This document shows, in pieces, positions 1 to 9,994 of a DNA stretch of 64,000 nucleotides. This stretch comes from Gemmatimonadota bacterium (lineage in GTDB: Bacteria; Gemmatimonadota; Gemmatimonadetes; Palauibacterales; KS3-K002). The DNA lies in the NCBI GenBank assembly GCA_039586795.1, contig JBDHJS010000005.1:67096-131095 (forward strand), written 5' to 3'. The notes below the pieces were generated by a model. It worked only from the letters and a program-made list of their open reading frames with translations. It was not told where the DNA came from and did not search any database. Positions within the stretch are counted from its first letter, which is position 1. Each line of letters opens with the position of its first letter. The position numbers were made by a program, and so were the translations under genes.

Positions 1-707
1 GCCGGATCGGCGGCGAGTTGCAGGTCAGCTACGGATTGATTACGCGGCGCGAGAAAGGGCTGCGTCGGAGTCGCGTGCAGAACATCCAGATCGAGGAGCC
101 AATTCTGCGGCGTTGGCTCAAGCTGGCGACGCTCAAGGTGCAGACGGCCGGCTATGGGCCAGAGGTGAAAGGCGACGAACGGATGGAGGTGCTGGCGCCG
201 ATCACGAGACGGCAGGAGATCTCCGATTATGTGAAGGAAGTCTTTCCGAATCTCGATTGGGAGACTATAGAATGGCGGCCATCGCACCCGCGCGCCAAGC
301 GCCGAATGTTCCTGCGTCGAGCGCTCGTCGTTCTGTTGGTTACGGTCGTGATGTCGATCATGAACCTGCACTGGCTGGCGCTGCTGCTCGCGCTCATCCC
401 GGCCTGGTGGCTCGCCGTCGCCCATTACCGCCACCTGGGCCACGCGCGTGACGGCGACTACATGCTGACCCGTGAAGGGCTATGGACGCAGCGCACGTTC
501 ATAGTTCCGGTTCGCAAGATCCAGGCGCTTCATTTCAAACAGACGCCTTTCCAGCGGCGCCTGGCGATCGGCACGCTGACCGCCGAGACGGCGGGCAACC
601 CGATGGAGTGGCACGCGCCCCGGTCGATTGATCTGGGAGTCGAGTATGGGCGTGGGTTGCAGGAGGAGTTGGCGGGTGAGGTGACGGCGACGGGGTTGGT
701 GTTTTAG
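1..707 (+). CDS. Membrane protein with bacterial PH domains (YdbT-like), 5' truncated by window edge
   Basis: Two bPH_2-like repeats (GLITRREKGLRRSRVQNIQIEEPILRRWLKLATLKVQTAG; GLWTQRTFIVPVRKIQALHFKQTPFQRRLAIGTLTAETAG) separated by TM helices; stop TAG 705-707. Confidence 0.75.
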   Translation, partial: RIGGELQVSYGLITRREKGLRRSRVQNIQIEEPILRRWLKLATLKVQTAGYGPEVKGDERMEVLAPITRRQEISDYVKEVFPNLDWETIEWRPSHPRAKRRMFLRRALVVLLVTVVMSIMNLHWLALLLALIPAWWLAVAHYRHLGHARDGDYMLTREGLWTQRTFIVPVRKIQALHFKQTPFQRRLAIGTLTAETAGNPMEWHAPRSIDLGVEYGRGLQEELAGEVTATGLVF

Positions 708-712
708 TGAGC

Positions 713-786
713 GGTGGTTGGTGGGTGGCGATGTGTGCCCTCGCAGCTGCGCAGTTACTACCTACCACCTACCACCTACCACCTAC
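713..786. repeat. Heptamer tandem repeat (CCTACCA)x3.7 with an upstream complementary G-rich arm, between convergent genes
   Basis: CCTACCA at 761, 768, 775 plus CCTAC at 782; GGTGGTTGGTGG (713-724) pairs with CCACCTACCACC with one mismatch. Confidence 0.7.
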
Positions 787-1454
787 TGCTCCTGCACATC
801 CGGATGCCGAATCAACTTCCCCTCCACCTGATAGACCACGTCCTCTCCGATGTTGGTGGCGAGGTCTGCGATACGCTCGATGTTGCGGCCGATCAAGATG
901 AGGGAGAGACCGGTCCCGATGCGGGCCGGTGACTCCATCATCATGGTGATGGCGGAGCGTAGGTGGGACTCTTCCAGCTGGTCGACCCGGTCGTCCCGCG
1001 CGGTGACGACGCGGGCCTTGTCGGGGTCGTGCTGAACGAAGGCATCCAGGACGTCGCGTAGCATGCCCTGAGCGATTGTCGCCGCTTCCGACAACTCGAT
1101 GGGCAGCGCCCAATCGGAGTCTTTCTTGATCAAGCGCTCCGCCGTTTGCGCGATATTGACCGAATGGTCGCCGATGCGCTCGAGGTCGTTGTTGATCTTC
1201 AGAACCGTGATGAGTCTTCGCAGGTCGCTGGCCATTGGCTGTTGAGTGGCCAGTAACTCAACGCACTGCTCCTCGATCTCCACCTCGGTAGCGTCTATCT
1301 CTCGGTCACCGACGATCACGGCTTCCGCCTTGGAAGCATCCCGATCGCTCAGCGCCTTGAGGGCCGTCTCCATGAGGCCTTCCACCATGCGCGACATGGC
1401 GACGAGTCGGGCGGTCAAATCATCTAGCTGCTGCTCGAAATGCGTGCGACGCAT
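783..1454 (-). CDS. phoU: Phosphate signalling protein PhoU
   Basis: LLATQQPMASDLR, DLERIGDHSVNIA, NIERIADLATNIGE motifs; directly downstream of pstB; start taken at ATG 1454 (MRRTHFEQQL). Confidence 0.95.
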   Translation of the reverse strand: MRRTHFEQQLDDLTARLVAMSRMVEGLMETALKALSDRDASKAEAVIVGDREIDATEVEIEEQCVELLATQQPMASDLRRLITVLKINNDLERIGDHSVNIAQTAERLIKKDSDWALPIELSEAATIAQGMLRDVLDAFVQHDPDKARVVTARDDRVDQLEESHLRSAITMMMESPARIGTGLSLILIGRNIERIADLATNIGEDVVYQVEGKLIRHPDVQEQ

Positions 1455-1464
1455 CGCTCTGCTC

Positions 1465-2379
1465 CTAGCCGAACCGGCCCGTGATGTAGGCCTCGGTGCG
1501 CTCGTCATCCGGACCGGTGAATATCTTGTGCGTGTCTCCGTACTCTATCAGTCGGCCGAGATTCATGAACGCCGTGTAGTCGGCCACGCGTGCTGCTTGC
1601 TGCATGTTATGGGTGACTATGATGATGGTGTAGTTCTGCTTGAGCTCCTGCATGAGCTCTTCGATGCGACCCGTGGCGATCGGATCTAACGCGCTGGCCG
1701 GCTCGTCCATCAGGATCACGTCCGGCTCCACAGCCAGGGCGCGGGCGATGCAAAGGCGTTGCTGCTGGCCGCCCGACAGGCCGTAGGCATTGTCTTTCAG
1801 CCGATCCTTCACCTCGTCCCAGAGCGCCGCCCCACGCAGCGCTTCTTCGACGCGGTCGGCCAGATTGCCTTTGTAGCGGTTGATTCGTAGCCCGAACGCG
1901 ACGTTGTCGAAGATGGACTTGGGGAACGGGTTCGGCTTCTGGAAGACCATTCCAATGCGTCGGCGAACCTCCACCGGGTCTACTTCTGCGGCATAGAGAT
2001 CTTCGCCGTCGAACAAGACCTGCCCCTCGTTCCAGGCGATGGGGATCACGTCGTTCATCCGATTGAACGCGCGGAGCAGCGTGCTCTTTCCGCTGCCCGA
2101 CGGTCCGATGAGGGCCGTGATTCTCTCGCGCGGCACCGTGAGAGATATCCCGTGAATCGTCTTCGCCTGGGCGTAATAGATGTTCAGATCACGCGTCTCG
2201 ATCACGGGTTCGGCGTGAACCATGATGTTTCGCGGGTCCCCTACCAATTGCTCTTCCGACAGGATCGGCCCCGTCGATCCGAGATCCAGCTGTTGGATCG
2301 CGATCGGCTGTTTGTCGCCTTCGGGGCTCTCGGTGTCTTTCATGTCTCTGGTCTCGGCAGCGCTATCCGCCTGGCTCAT
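1465..2379 (-). CDS. pstB: Phosphate ABC transporter ATP-binding protein
   Basis: Walker [41 protein letters not shown]-terminal [10 protein letters not shown]. Confidence 0.97.
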   Translation of the reverse strand: MSQADSAAETRDMKDTESPEGDKQPIAIQQLDLGSTGPILSEEQLVGDPRNIMVHAEPVIETRDLNIYYAQAKTIHGISLTVPRERITALIGPSGSGKSTLLRAFNRMNDVIPIAWNEGQVLFDGEDLYAAEVDPVEVRRRIGMVFQKPNPFPKSIFDNVAFGLRINRYKGNLADRVEEALRGAALWDEVKDRLKDNAYGLSGGQQQRLCIARALAVEPDVILMDEPASALDPIATGRIEELMQELKQNYTIIIVTHNMQQAARVADYTAFMNLGRLIEYGDTHKIFTGPDDERTEAYITGRFG

Positions 2380-3269
2380 ACTTCCTTCCGCAGTCTGTTC
2401 CTGAGGATGATCGCCGCAGCGTTCATGGACAGCAAGGCGACCAACAACACTATGATGCCGGCGGCGGCAAGTTCATGAAATCCGGCCTGCGGCCGCGCCG
2501 CCCAGTTGAAGATCTGGATCGGTAGAACCGTGAACTCATCCAGCGGCGTGTTGGGCGTAAAGGCGATGAAGGTGAGCGCACCAATCATGATCAGCGGCGC
2601 CGTTTCACCTATCGCTCGTGACAGGGCGAGGATCATGCCGGTCAGGATTCCAGGGAACGCGATGGGCAGTACCAGGTGTTGCAGCGCCTGCCACTTGGTC
2701 GCGCCAACGCCGAAGCCGGCTTCGCGAATCGACGGAGGCACGGCGCGGATCGCCTCCTGCGACGAGATGATAACGATCGGGAGAATCAACAACGCCAGGG
2801 TGGCTGCGCCGGCCAACACGCTTCGACCCATCGACATCGCCCGCACGAAGACGGCGAGCCCCAGCACGCCGTAGACGATCGAAGGGACGCCGGCCAGGTT
2901 GGCGATATTAGTTTCGATGACCCGGGTCAGCCAGTTGCGCGGCGCGTACTCCTCCAGGTAGATCGCCGTGCCGACGCCTAACGGAAAGGAGAACAACCCG
3001 GTAAACGCCACCACCCACATTGTACCGAACAGGGCCGATCTTATGCCCGCGCGCTCCGGGAAGCGTGACGGGTAGTTGCCCAGAAACTCGAGGGACAGCC
3101 GACCCATGCCCTGGCGCATGATATCAACCAACAGGATGGCCAACAGTACGACGCCAACCGAAGTAGCCGCGAAGCACGACCAAAGGAAGATCTGGCCGCG
3201 CAACCTGCGCTTGTTCGGCTGCGGGTCGAAATGAGCCGAGCTCGCGACCGCTTCGCTCGTCGCCATCAC
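2376..3269 (-). CDS. pstA: Phosphate ABC transporter permease
   Basis: [30 protein letters not shown] motifs; operon position. Confidence 0.95.
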   Translation of the reverse strand: MMATSEAVASSAHFDPQPNKRRLRGQIFLWSCFAATSVGVVLLAILLVDIMRQGMGRLSLEFLGNYPSRFPERAGIRSALFGTMWVVAFTGLFSFPLGVGTAIYLEEYAPRNWLTRVIETNIANLAGVPSIVYGVLGLAVFVRAMSMGRSVLAGAATLALLILPIVIISSQEAIRAVPPSIREAGFGVGATKWQALQHLVLPIAFPGILTGMILALSRAIGETAPLIMIGALTFIAFTPNTPLDEFTVLPIQIFNWAARPQAGFHELAAAGIIVLLVALLSMNAAAIILRNRLRKEV

Positions 3270-4213
3270 TCGTAGACCTCTCGGAAGCGTTTCAGAACGA
3301 AGCGGCTCAAGATATTGAGCGACAACGTAATCAAGAACAACAACAGCCCAACCGCGAAGATCGTCCTGTACTCGATGCTGCCAAACGGCGTATCACCCAG
3401 ACTGACCTGGACGATATAGGCGGTCATCGTCTGGATACTCTCCAGCGGGTTGAGCGTCAGCTTCGGAGTGGCTCCCGCCGCCAGCGTCACCGCCATGGTC
3501 TCACCAATCGCCCTGGAGATTGCCAGTATGAAGGACGCGATAATGCCAGAGAGCGCCGCCGGCACGACGACGCGAGTCACCGTTTCGAACTTCGTGGCGC
3601 CAAGCCCGAGGGAAGCCTCGCGCAGTGCGCGAGGAACCGAACGCAGCGCGTCCTCCGAGAGAGAGGCGACCATCGGGACGATCATGATTCCGACCACGAC
3701 CGCCGCGCTCGCCGCGTTGAAGACACTGGTGTCGGGAAAGACCTTGCGAATGAGTGGCGTGATGAACGTCAGCGCGAAGTAGCCGTAGACGACCGTGGGG
3801 ATTCCCGCCAATACCTCGAGTATCGGCTTGAGGATCTTGCGGGCTCGCTCAGGCGCGTACTCAGCAAGAAAGATGGCGCTCGCCAGGCCAACCGGGAGCG
3901 CGATGAACGACGCACCCACCGCTACTAGGAAAGACCCGGCCACCAGGGGCAGCACACCAAAATGCTGCGGCCTGAAAAGGGGCGTCCACTTCGTATCGGT
4001 GAGAAATTCCCAGGGTGAGACCTCGATGAAGAATCCGAAGGACTCCCACGCCAGCACGATGACGATCCCGGCCGTAGTGAGGATCGACACCAGTCCACAC
4101 GCCAGTAAAGCGCCGCGAACACCGCGCTCGCGCCACGCCCGACCTCTCGACATCGCCAGCGTGTGACGCCCGGTGCCGGACGATATCGCTGCCTCGTTCA
4201 CTGCCTGTGACAA
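3266..4213 (-). CDS. pstC: Phosphate ABC transporter permease
   Basis: [24 protein letters not shown] motifs; operon position. Confidence 0.95.
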   Translation of the reverse strand: MSQAVNEAAISSGTGRHTLAMSRGRAWRERGVRGALLACGLVSILTTAGIVIVLAWESFGFFIEVSPWEFLTDTKWTPLFRPQHFGVLPLVAGSFLVAVGASFIALPVGLASAIFLAEYAPERARKILKPILEVLAGIPTVVYGYFALTFITPLIRKVFPDTSVFNAASAAVVVGIMIVPMVASLSEDALRSVPRALREASLGLGATKFETVTRVVVPAALSGIIASFILAISRAIGETMAVTLAAGATPKLTLNPLESIQTMTAYIVQVSLGDTPFGSIEYRTIFAVGLLLFLITLSLNILSRFVLKRFREVYE

Positions 4214-4220
4214 ACTCTGT

Positions 4221-5150
4221 TTACCCTATCTCTCTCAGCGCTGATTCGCGTTGCTCCGCCGGCACTGGAACGTAGCCCACGTCGAGAGCGAGTTCCTCGA
4301 CTCTGGACAGGTAGTATCGCATGAAGGTGACGACCTCCTGCCGCTGAAGCCGGTTGCGATCGACGTACAGAAACAGCGGTCGTGTCAGAGGTCGGTATTC
4401 GCCGCTAGCGATCGTTTCGTGCGTTGGCGCCACGCCTCCGCTGCCAGCGTCAACAGCCACGAGCTTCAATAGATCCGGGCTCTCCACGTAGTAAGCGTGT
4501 CCGAAGTAGCCCAGTGCACCCCGATCGCCCGACACCCCATGCACCAAGACGTTGTCGTCTTCGCTGGCCGCGAAGTCGGCACGGCTCGCATCTTCTTCGC
4601 CAACGATCGCCTGGGTGAAGTAGTCGAACGAACCGGAGTCGATCCCGGGACCATAGAGCGAGATCTCCAATTCCGGCCACTCCGGTCGCACATCGCTCCA
4701 TCTATTCACGGAGCTGCCAGGCTCCCAGATGCGGCGCAACTCGCTGACCGTCAGGCAAGAGACGAACTCGTTCTCCGGGTTCACCACCACCGACAGACCG
4801 TCCAACGCGATCTGGAGCTCCAGTGGATCCACACCGTTGCTTCGACAGCGTTCTAGTTCGCTCGCCTTGATCTTTCGTGACGCATCGGCGATTTCCGACT
4901 CACCGGCGCAGAACTTCTTAAAGCCGCCGCCCGTCCCCGACACACCAACCGCCACGCGGATCCGTTGGTGCTCAGACTGGAACTGCTCGACGACCGCTTC
5001 CGTTATGGGGTATACCGTGCTGGATCCATCAATATGGATCGAGCCCTCTGCCCCTCCGGCACCTTCACCGGCGCAACCGGCGGCCGCCGCCACAAGCAAC
5101 GGCAAGGCCAGGATCTGCGCTGATCGTACCAATCCTACCCGCCTTGTCAT
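4221..5150 (-). CDS. pstS: Phosphate ABC transporter substrate-binding lipoprotein
   Basis: Lipobox [46 protein letters not shown]. Confidence 0.93.
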   Translation of the reverse strand: MTRRVGLVRSAQILALPLLVAAAAGCAGEGAGGAEGSIHIDGSSTVYPITEAVVEQFQSEHQRIRVAVGVSGTGGGFKKFCAGESEIADASRKIKASELERCRSNGVDPLELQIALDGLSVVVNPENEFVSCLTVSELRRIWEPGSSVNRWSDVRPEWPELEISLYGPGIDSGSFDYFTQAIVGEEDASRADFAASEDDNVLVHGVSGDRGALGYFGHAYYVESPDLLKLVAVDAGSGGVAPTHETIASGEYRPLTRPLFLYVDRNRLQRQEVVTFMRYYLSRVEELALDVGYVPVPAEQRESALREIG

Positions 5151-5211
5151 ACAGTTTCTCCAGTCCTCTTACCCTGGTCGTGACAAGCTACGCGATTCGA
5201 TTCAAGGGCAA

Positions 5212-5238
5212 GTAACCAGTGTGTAACAGTCTTGTATC
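5212..5238 (-). promoter_or_regulatory. Pho-box-like direct repeats upstream of pstS
   Basis: Minus strand reads GATAC-N6-GTTAC-N6-GTTAC (11-bp period; + strand GTAAC 5212, GTAAC 5223, GTATC 5234), 62-88 bp upstream of pstS. Confidence 0.6.
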
Positions 5239-5462
5239 GCCGCGATGCCCGATCATATGGCCAGAATCCGGGCCTTTCAAGAAATGCCCGCCGTTGAACC
5301 TGGCTCTAGAATCCCTCGTTCTTCAAGCATGGGACTGCCGATCGGGCCCCGGCCGAGCCGGTGCCCGGAGATTGTTGATCCGGACGCGCGGGCGACGCAG
5401 TTTGTTACCTTGGCACCGGCAGGTCGACGGCTTTGACGGGGCCCTACAAAATGAGGTGTGCG

Positions 5463-5915
5463 GTGGCCAATCTGAAGCGGATACTAGTGGAGATCCACAG
5501 GAGATCGCTGTGGCAAGCCTTTGTCGCCTACGTCATAGTGTCAATCGTGGTGTTCGAGGTGAGCGTTGCCATCGCCGATCGACGAGATCTTCCAGAATGG
5601 TTCACTCTATTCTCCATCGTTCTGCTGGTCATCGGGCTTCCCGTGGTCCTGCTAACCGCCGCGCTTCAGGAAGGTATCCCCCAGATGGGGAGATCCGACC
5701 CGACGCTCAGGGTAGACGAAAACAATCCAGAGTCGCCGCACCAGGCTAGACCGGAGGGCTTTCGACGCATCTTCACGTGGCGAAACGCCATACTGGGGGG
5801 CGTCGCTGCGTTCACATTGTGGGCCCTCGTCGCCGCCGGTTGGCTTGCCTTAGCCGGCGAGTTGGTTGACGGAATGAGCGCGTCGCCCGAGTCGGCGGTC
5901 GAGGGTGAGCCGTAA
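5463..5915 (+). CDS. Small 3-TM membrane protein
   Basis: GTG start after GAGGTG RBS; EIHRRSLWQ...LPEWF...IGLPVVL...FTWRNAILGGV resembles the N-terminal membrane anchor usually fused to TolB-like/TPR proteins. Confidence 0.65.
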   Translation: MANLKRILVEIHRRSLWQAFVAYVIVSIVVFEVSVAIADRRDLPEWFTLFSIVLLVIGLPVVLLTAALQEGIPQMGRSDPTLRVDENNPESPHQARPEGFRRIFTWRNAILGGVAAFTLWALVAAGWLALAGELVDGMSASPESAVEGEP

Positions 5916-5926
5916 TTCCTTCATCG

Positions 5927-8227
5927 ATGCTTCTTCCTCTGGCCCTCTTGTTTGTCCAGAGCATCGTTTCGATTGACGATGCGCCGCCGCCGATTGAGGG
6001 CTATCTCGACCTCGAGCACATCACTACCGTCGAGGTGTCGACCGACGGTCGCTCAGTCGCCTTCATCGTGCAGGCCGTAAGCGGCGACAGTTACACAAGC
6101 ACGCTACACACCTGGGAGCGCCGCACCGGCGTCCAAGCTCTCGCCGCCACCTTCACCGACGTTCGCTCGCCAGGATGGTCACCGGATGGCGAGTGGCTCG
6201 TGTTCATAGCGAAGAACCCGGCGGCGCCGTCCAGCGATGCGCCCGATCAGCTTTGGGCTCTTCCCCGCTTCACCGACGAGCCGCTACATCTGAGCGAGAT
6301 CTCCAGCCGCATAATCGAGTTCGGCTGGACGCCCGATGGGTCCTTGCTGGTCCTGACGGAAGAGGAGCCAGGTGATCTCCGAAGTTTCTGGCGCCTTCGG
6401 ATCAGACAGGGCGAAGCCGAGCGCATCTGGGAAGGCGACCCGGGAATCCGCGACATGGCGGTGAGCCCGGATGGCCGGATGATCGCGTTCAGCAGTAACG
6501 GAAGCGCCACGCCCGAGAACTTCCTGAACTACGATATCTGGTTGCTCGATATTGAAGGGGCGAGAGCGCGCCGGCTCACATCGCGAGCCGGGCCGGAGGT
6601 GGAGCCGGTCTGGACGCCGGACGGCGAAGGGGTCGTCTTCCGCGCCCCACAGAGCACGCAGTCGATCCATTCGCAGATCGAGCTCTTCCGCGTCTCCGTT
6701 GCAGGCGGCGCTCCTCAGATGCTGACCGCCGCCTTCGACCGGTCGGTCGTCCAACATCTCTGGCCGTCCTCGGGTGACCTCCTGTTCACTGCCGCCATCG
6801 GCATGTACACCCACGTATTCGAGCTACAGATGAGCGGTGCCATCGAACAGGTGTTGGGCGGAGCATACAACTTCGGGCCGTTCGACGCGCGCGGTGTGGG
6901 CACGACGATCTATGCGGTGCGAGAATCGGCGACGGAAGCGCCGGAGCTTTGGCGCGCCGGTATCGAAGAATCGGAACGACTCACCACATTGAACGCGGCT
7001 GTCGACTCGTGGCGCGCTGGCCGACAGTCCGTCATCCAGTGGACGGCACCGGATGGCCTGGCGATCGAAGGACTGCTGATCCTTCCCGTCGAATTCACCG
7101 AAGGCGACCGCTATCCGCTGCTTGTCAATCCCGGTCGTGGACAGGGAACGCGGGTTCGCAACGTTCTGGCGAACCTTGAAGCGTACCAACCGTTGGCGGC
7201 ACAAGGCTATGCGGTGCTCGCGGCCAACGTGAGAGGGAGCATCGGCTATGGGGAAGCCGTCTTAACCGCCAGTCGCAACGACCTGGCCGGCGGCGAGCTC
7301 GCCGATCTCATAGCTGGCGTGGATTACGTGATCGACCTCGGTATCGCCGATTCAACGCGTTTGGCGGTCTTCGGTAGCGAATACAGCGGCTACACGTCAA
7401 CTCGGGCAATCACCGAGACGAGACGCTTCAACGCCGCGGCGGCGTCTTTCACCGCGAGAGACCCACAGGCGACCGGCTATGAGTTCTCCGATCTCGCGGT
7501 CACACTCTCGACTACGGCTGGACTCGATGGATTTGGCTACGAAGACTCGCCATTGCAGCGCGCCGGCGCCGTCCAGACGCCGCTCCTTATAATAGACGCC
7601 GCCGATGAGTCGAGTGTGCTGGCCGACCGCGCTCGGCAGCTGTACCGATCGCTGACCGATCTCGGGCGCGTCGCGGTCAACGTCGGCATTGACGACATAG
7701 GGCGCGCTGGTCGGGGCGCGCAGCTCGACGCCGAGATCTTCTTTCGCCAGCTGCGCTGGTTCGACCGCTACCTGAAGTTCGGCGGTGCCGACTTCTACGA
7801 GTTCTACAGAATCGGCGAGTGGGTCAGCGGGCCGAACGATTGGCAGATGCGGGTGCGCCGCCTTGATGCCGGCACGGCCTACTCAGGGATCGTTCCACCG
7901 GACGGGCGTTACCTGGAGCTCGCTCTCGACTTCCGCCCCGACCCTGATGCCCGGCGCCCTGGCGGACTGGATCTCGATCCGACGGCGGCCGTCAGCCTGG
8001 TCGATCCCGACGGGGGGCAGGTGCGGCCGGCCGGAATGGTGGTCCATTTGCCGGGCGGCGAGATCCTGATCGACGACAGTGCAACAGCCGTGCGGGTGCC
8101 ATCTCCAGAGGCTACCAGCGCAGTGAGCCTGCGGCTCGCCTTCGTGGCGTCGAACGCGGCGGCGGCGTATCACCTGAGGATCGCCGGTTTCGCGCCCGTC
8201 CGGGTTTGGGGTTCGGACGAGCGGTGA
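5927..8227 (+). CDS. Secreted S9 (prolyl oligopeptidase/acylaminoacyl peptidase) family-like protein, catalytic residues degenerate, with extra C-terminal domain
   Basis: Signal peptide, PD40-like propeller repeats (WSPDG, WTPDG, VSPDG), DGLAIEGLL, NVRGSIGYG; nucleophile elbow reads GSEYSG. Confidence 0.8.
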   Translation: MLLPLALLFVQSIVSIDDAPPPIEGYLDLEHITTVEVSTDGRSVAFIVQAVSGDSYTSTLHTWERRTGVQALAATFTDVRSPGWSPDGEWLVFIAKNPAAPSSDAPDQLWALPRFTDEPLHLSEISSRIIEFGWTPDGSLLVLTEEEPGDLRSFWRLRIRQGEAERIWEGDPGIRDMAVSPDGRMIAFSSNGSATPENFLNYDIWLLDIEGARARRLTSRAGPEVEPVWTPDGEGVVFRAPQSTQSIHSQIELFRVSVAGGAPQMLTAAFDRSVVQHLWPSSGDLLFTAAIGMYTHVFELQMSGAIEQVLGGAYNFGPFDARGVGTTIYAVRESATEAPELWRAGIEESERLTTLNAAVDSWRAGRQSVIQWTAPDGLAIEGLLILPVEFTEGDRYPLLVNPGRGQGTRVRNVLANLEAYQPLAAQGYAVLAANVRGSIGYGEAVLTASRNDLAGGELADLIAGVDYVIDLGIADSTRLAVFGSEYSGYTSTRAITETRRFNAAAASFTARDPQATGYEFSDLAVTLSTTAGLDGFGYEDSPLQRAGAVQTPLLIIDAADESSVLADRARQLYRSLTDLGRVAVNVGIDDIGRAGRGAQLDAEIFFRQLRWFDRYLKFGGADFYEFYRIGEWVSGPNDWQMRVRRLDAGTAYSGIVPPDGRYLELALDFRPDPDARRPGGLDLDPTAAVSLVDPDGGQVRPAGMVVHLPGGEILIDDSATAVRVPSPEATSAVSLRLAFVASNAAAAYHLRIAGFAPVRVWGSDER

Positions 8228-8344
8228 CCCCGGACTTCCCGACACAAAGCCCGATTAGCGTCCCCCTCTGGACAGTGGACGGGTCGGCGGCCCAGTTTGG
8301 GGCCCGGCCATTCCGCTTGCGGTGAACCGACAACGAGGTCACGA

Positions 8345-9901
8345 ATGGGACTGAAACTGAGTCGTCGACGCGTATACTACTTCATCGGAGTCTTGGTGCT
8401 GCTGGCTGCCCTGGCCGCGTCGGGCAACTTCCCCGTGCGGGACGGTCACTACGGTTTCTGGTCGGTGCTACCACCTGCCGTGGCCATCATCCTCGCCTTC
8501 GCCACCCGGGAAGTGATCAGCTCCCTGTTCATCGGGATCGCGCTGGGCGGCGTAATCAGCGGAAAGCTGAACATCGTGCAGGAGTACCTGATCCCGTCGA
8601 TCGGCAGCGAGAGCTACGCGTTGATCTTGCTCGTCTATCTCTGGTCGCTCGGCGGCCTGATCGGTTTGTGGACGCGTACCGGCGGTGCCCTGCGCTTCGC
8701 GGAATGGGCGGGCGCCTTGATGGTGGTCGGGCCGCGATCCGCCAAGTTCTTCGCCTGGCTGATGGGAATCATCTTTCACCAGGGCGGGACGATCAGCACG
8801 GTGCTTACCGGAACCACGGTTCGCCCCGTCACCGACAAGTACAATGTCTCGCATGAAGAGGTGTCCTACATAGTCGACTCGACCGCGTCTCCCGCGGCTA
8901 CGCTGATCCCGTTTAACGTCTGGCCCATCTACGTGGGCGGTTTGGTGGTTGGAACCGTTCCCTTCCTCAGCACGACCTCGGAAGCGGTCGGCTACTTTTT
9001 CAAAGCGTTGCCATTCAACTTTTACGCCTGGTTCGCTGTCTTGTTCACACTGCTCTTCTCGTTGGAGAAGATGCCCTTCATGCCCGGCAAGCTGTGGGGG
9101 AACGTGCCACTGGTTGTCGGTCGCAAGATGTCCAACGCGATTCAGCGGTCCCGAGAGACGGGCGAGCTCGACCGGCCAGGCTCACAGCCGCTGACGTCGG
9201 AAGAGCTGACCGTGGTCAAGGTGGCGGAGGGCTACAAGACCGGGCTGATCGACTTCTTTGGCCCGATGGGTACGCTGCTCGGCGTCGCTATCCTTCCCTA
9301 CCTCTACACGTTCTTCATCCTGGGATCGGAACAGCCAACTTTGCTCATCGCCGAAGCGTTCATGTTGGCCGTGCTGGCGGGCATTGCCATCGCTCTTTGG
9401 AAGGGGATGTCGCTGAAGAACGTAATCGGCGCGGTGGTGGACGGCTGTAAGGGTGTGACTATCGGCGCTATCGTGCTCGCGCTTGCCGTGACGCTCAAGA
9501 GCGTCGCCGACTCCGTCGGCACGGCGGCCTACCTCATCGATGTCAGCGGCGGATTCCTGACCCCGCTCATCGTACCGGCGCTCTTCCTTCTGCTCTGCAT
9601 GGTGATCGCGTTCTCTACCGGCACATCGTGGGGCACTTACGCCGTCGTCTTCCCCGTGGCGATGCCCCTGGCCTACTCCGTCAGCCAGGACCCGCTGTTC
9701 ATGCTGATCTGTTTCGGCGCCGTGACCGGCGGTAGCGTGTTCGGTGATCAGTGCTCGCCGATCTCCGACACGACGATCCTATCATCGCTGGCGACCGGGG
9801 CCGACTTGATGGACCACGTCTATACGCAGATCCCGCTGGCCCTCACCGCCGCCGGGCTGGGCGCCGTACTGTATACGCTTCTGGCGGCCTTCGCGATCTG
9901 A
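8345..9901 (+). CDS. NhaC-family Na+/H+ antiporter-like transporter
   Basis: SYIVDSTASP, FSTGTSWGT, GSVFGDQCSPISDTTILSS, DHVYTQIP motifs; many TM helices; ATG 8345 after GAGGT. Confidence 0.88.
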   Translation: MGLKLSRRRVYYFIGVLVLLAALAASGNFPVRDGHYGFWSVLPPAVAIILAFATREVISSLFIGIALGGVISGKLNIVQEYLIPSIGSESYALILLVYLWSLGGLIGLWTRTGGALRFAEWAGALMVVGPRSAKFFAWLMGIIFHQGGTISTVLTGTTVRPVTDKYNVSHEEVSYIVDSTASPAATLIPFNVWPIYVGGLVVGTVPFLSTTSEAVGYFFKALPFNFYAWFAVLFTLLFSLEKMPFMPGKLWGNVPLVVGRKMSNAIQRSRETGELDRPGSQPLTSEELTVVKVAEGYKTGLIDFFGPMGTLLGVAILPYLYTFFILGSEQPTLLIAEAFMLAVLAGIAIALWKGMSLKNVIGAVVDGCKGVTIGAIVLALAVTLKSVADSVGTAAYLIDVSGGFLTPLIVPALFLLLCMVIAFSTGTSWGTYAVVFPVAMPLAYSVSQDPLFMLICFGAVTGGSVFGDQCSPISDTTILSSLATGADLMDHVYTQIPLALTAAGLGAVLYTLLAAFAI

Positions 9902-9994
9902 CCGGAACCGTCGCGTAGCGGACAGTGTAGAGGGAACTGGCGCAGGGACCGCTGCGCCGCCGTCTCTCCTCCGTCGGTGTCCCGGAGCAACGTG

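Noticed and set aside
713..786. CRISPR array (also considered for 31749-31837 and 33702-33734)
   Set aside because: Units are 7-8 bp without spacers; no cas genes
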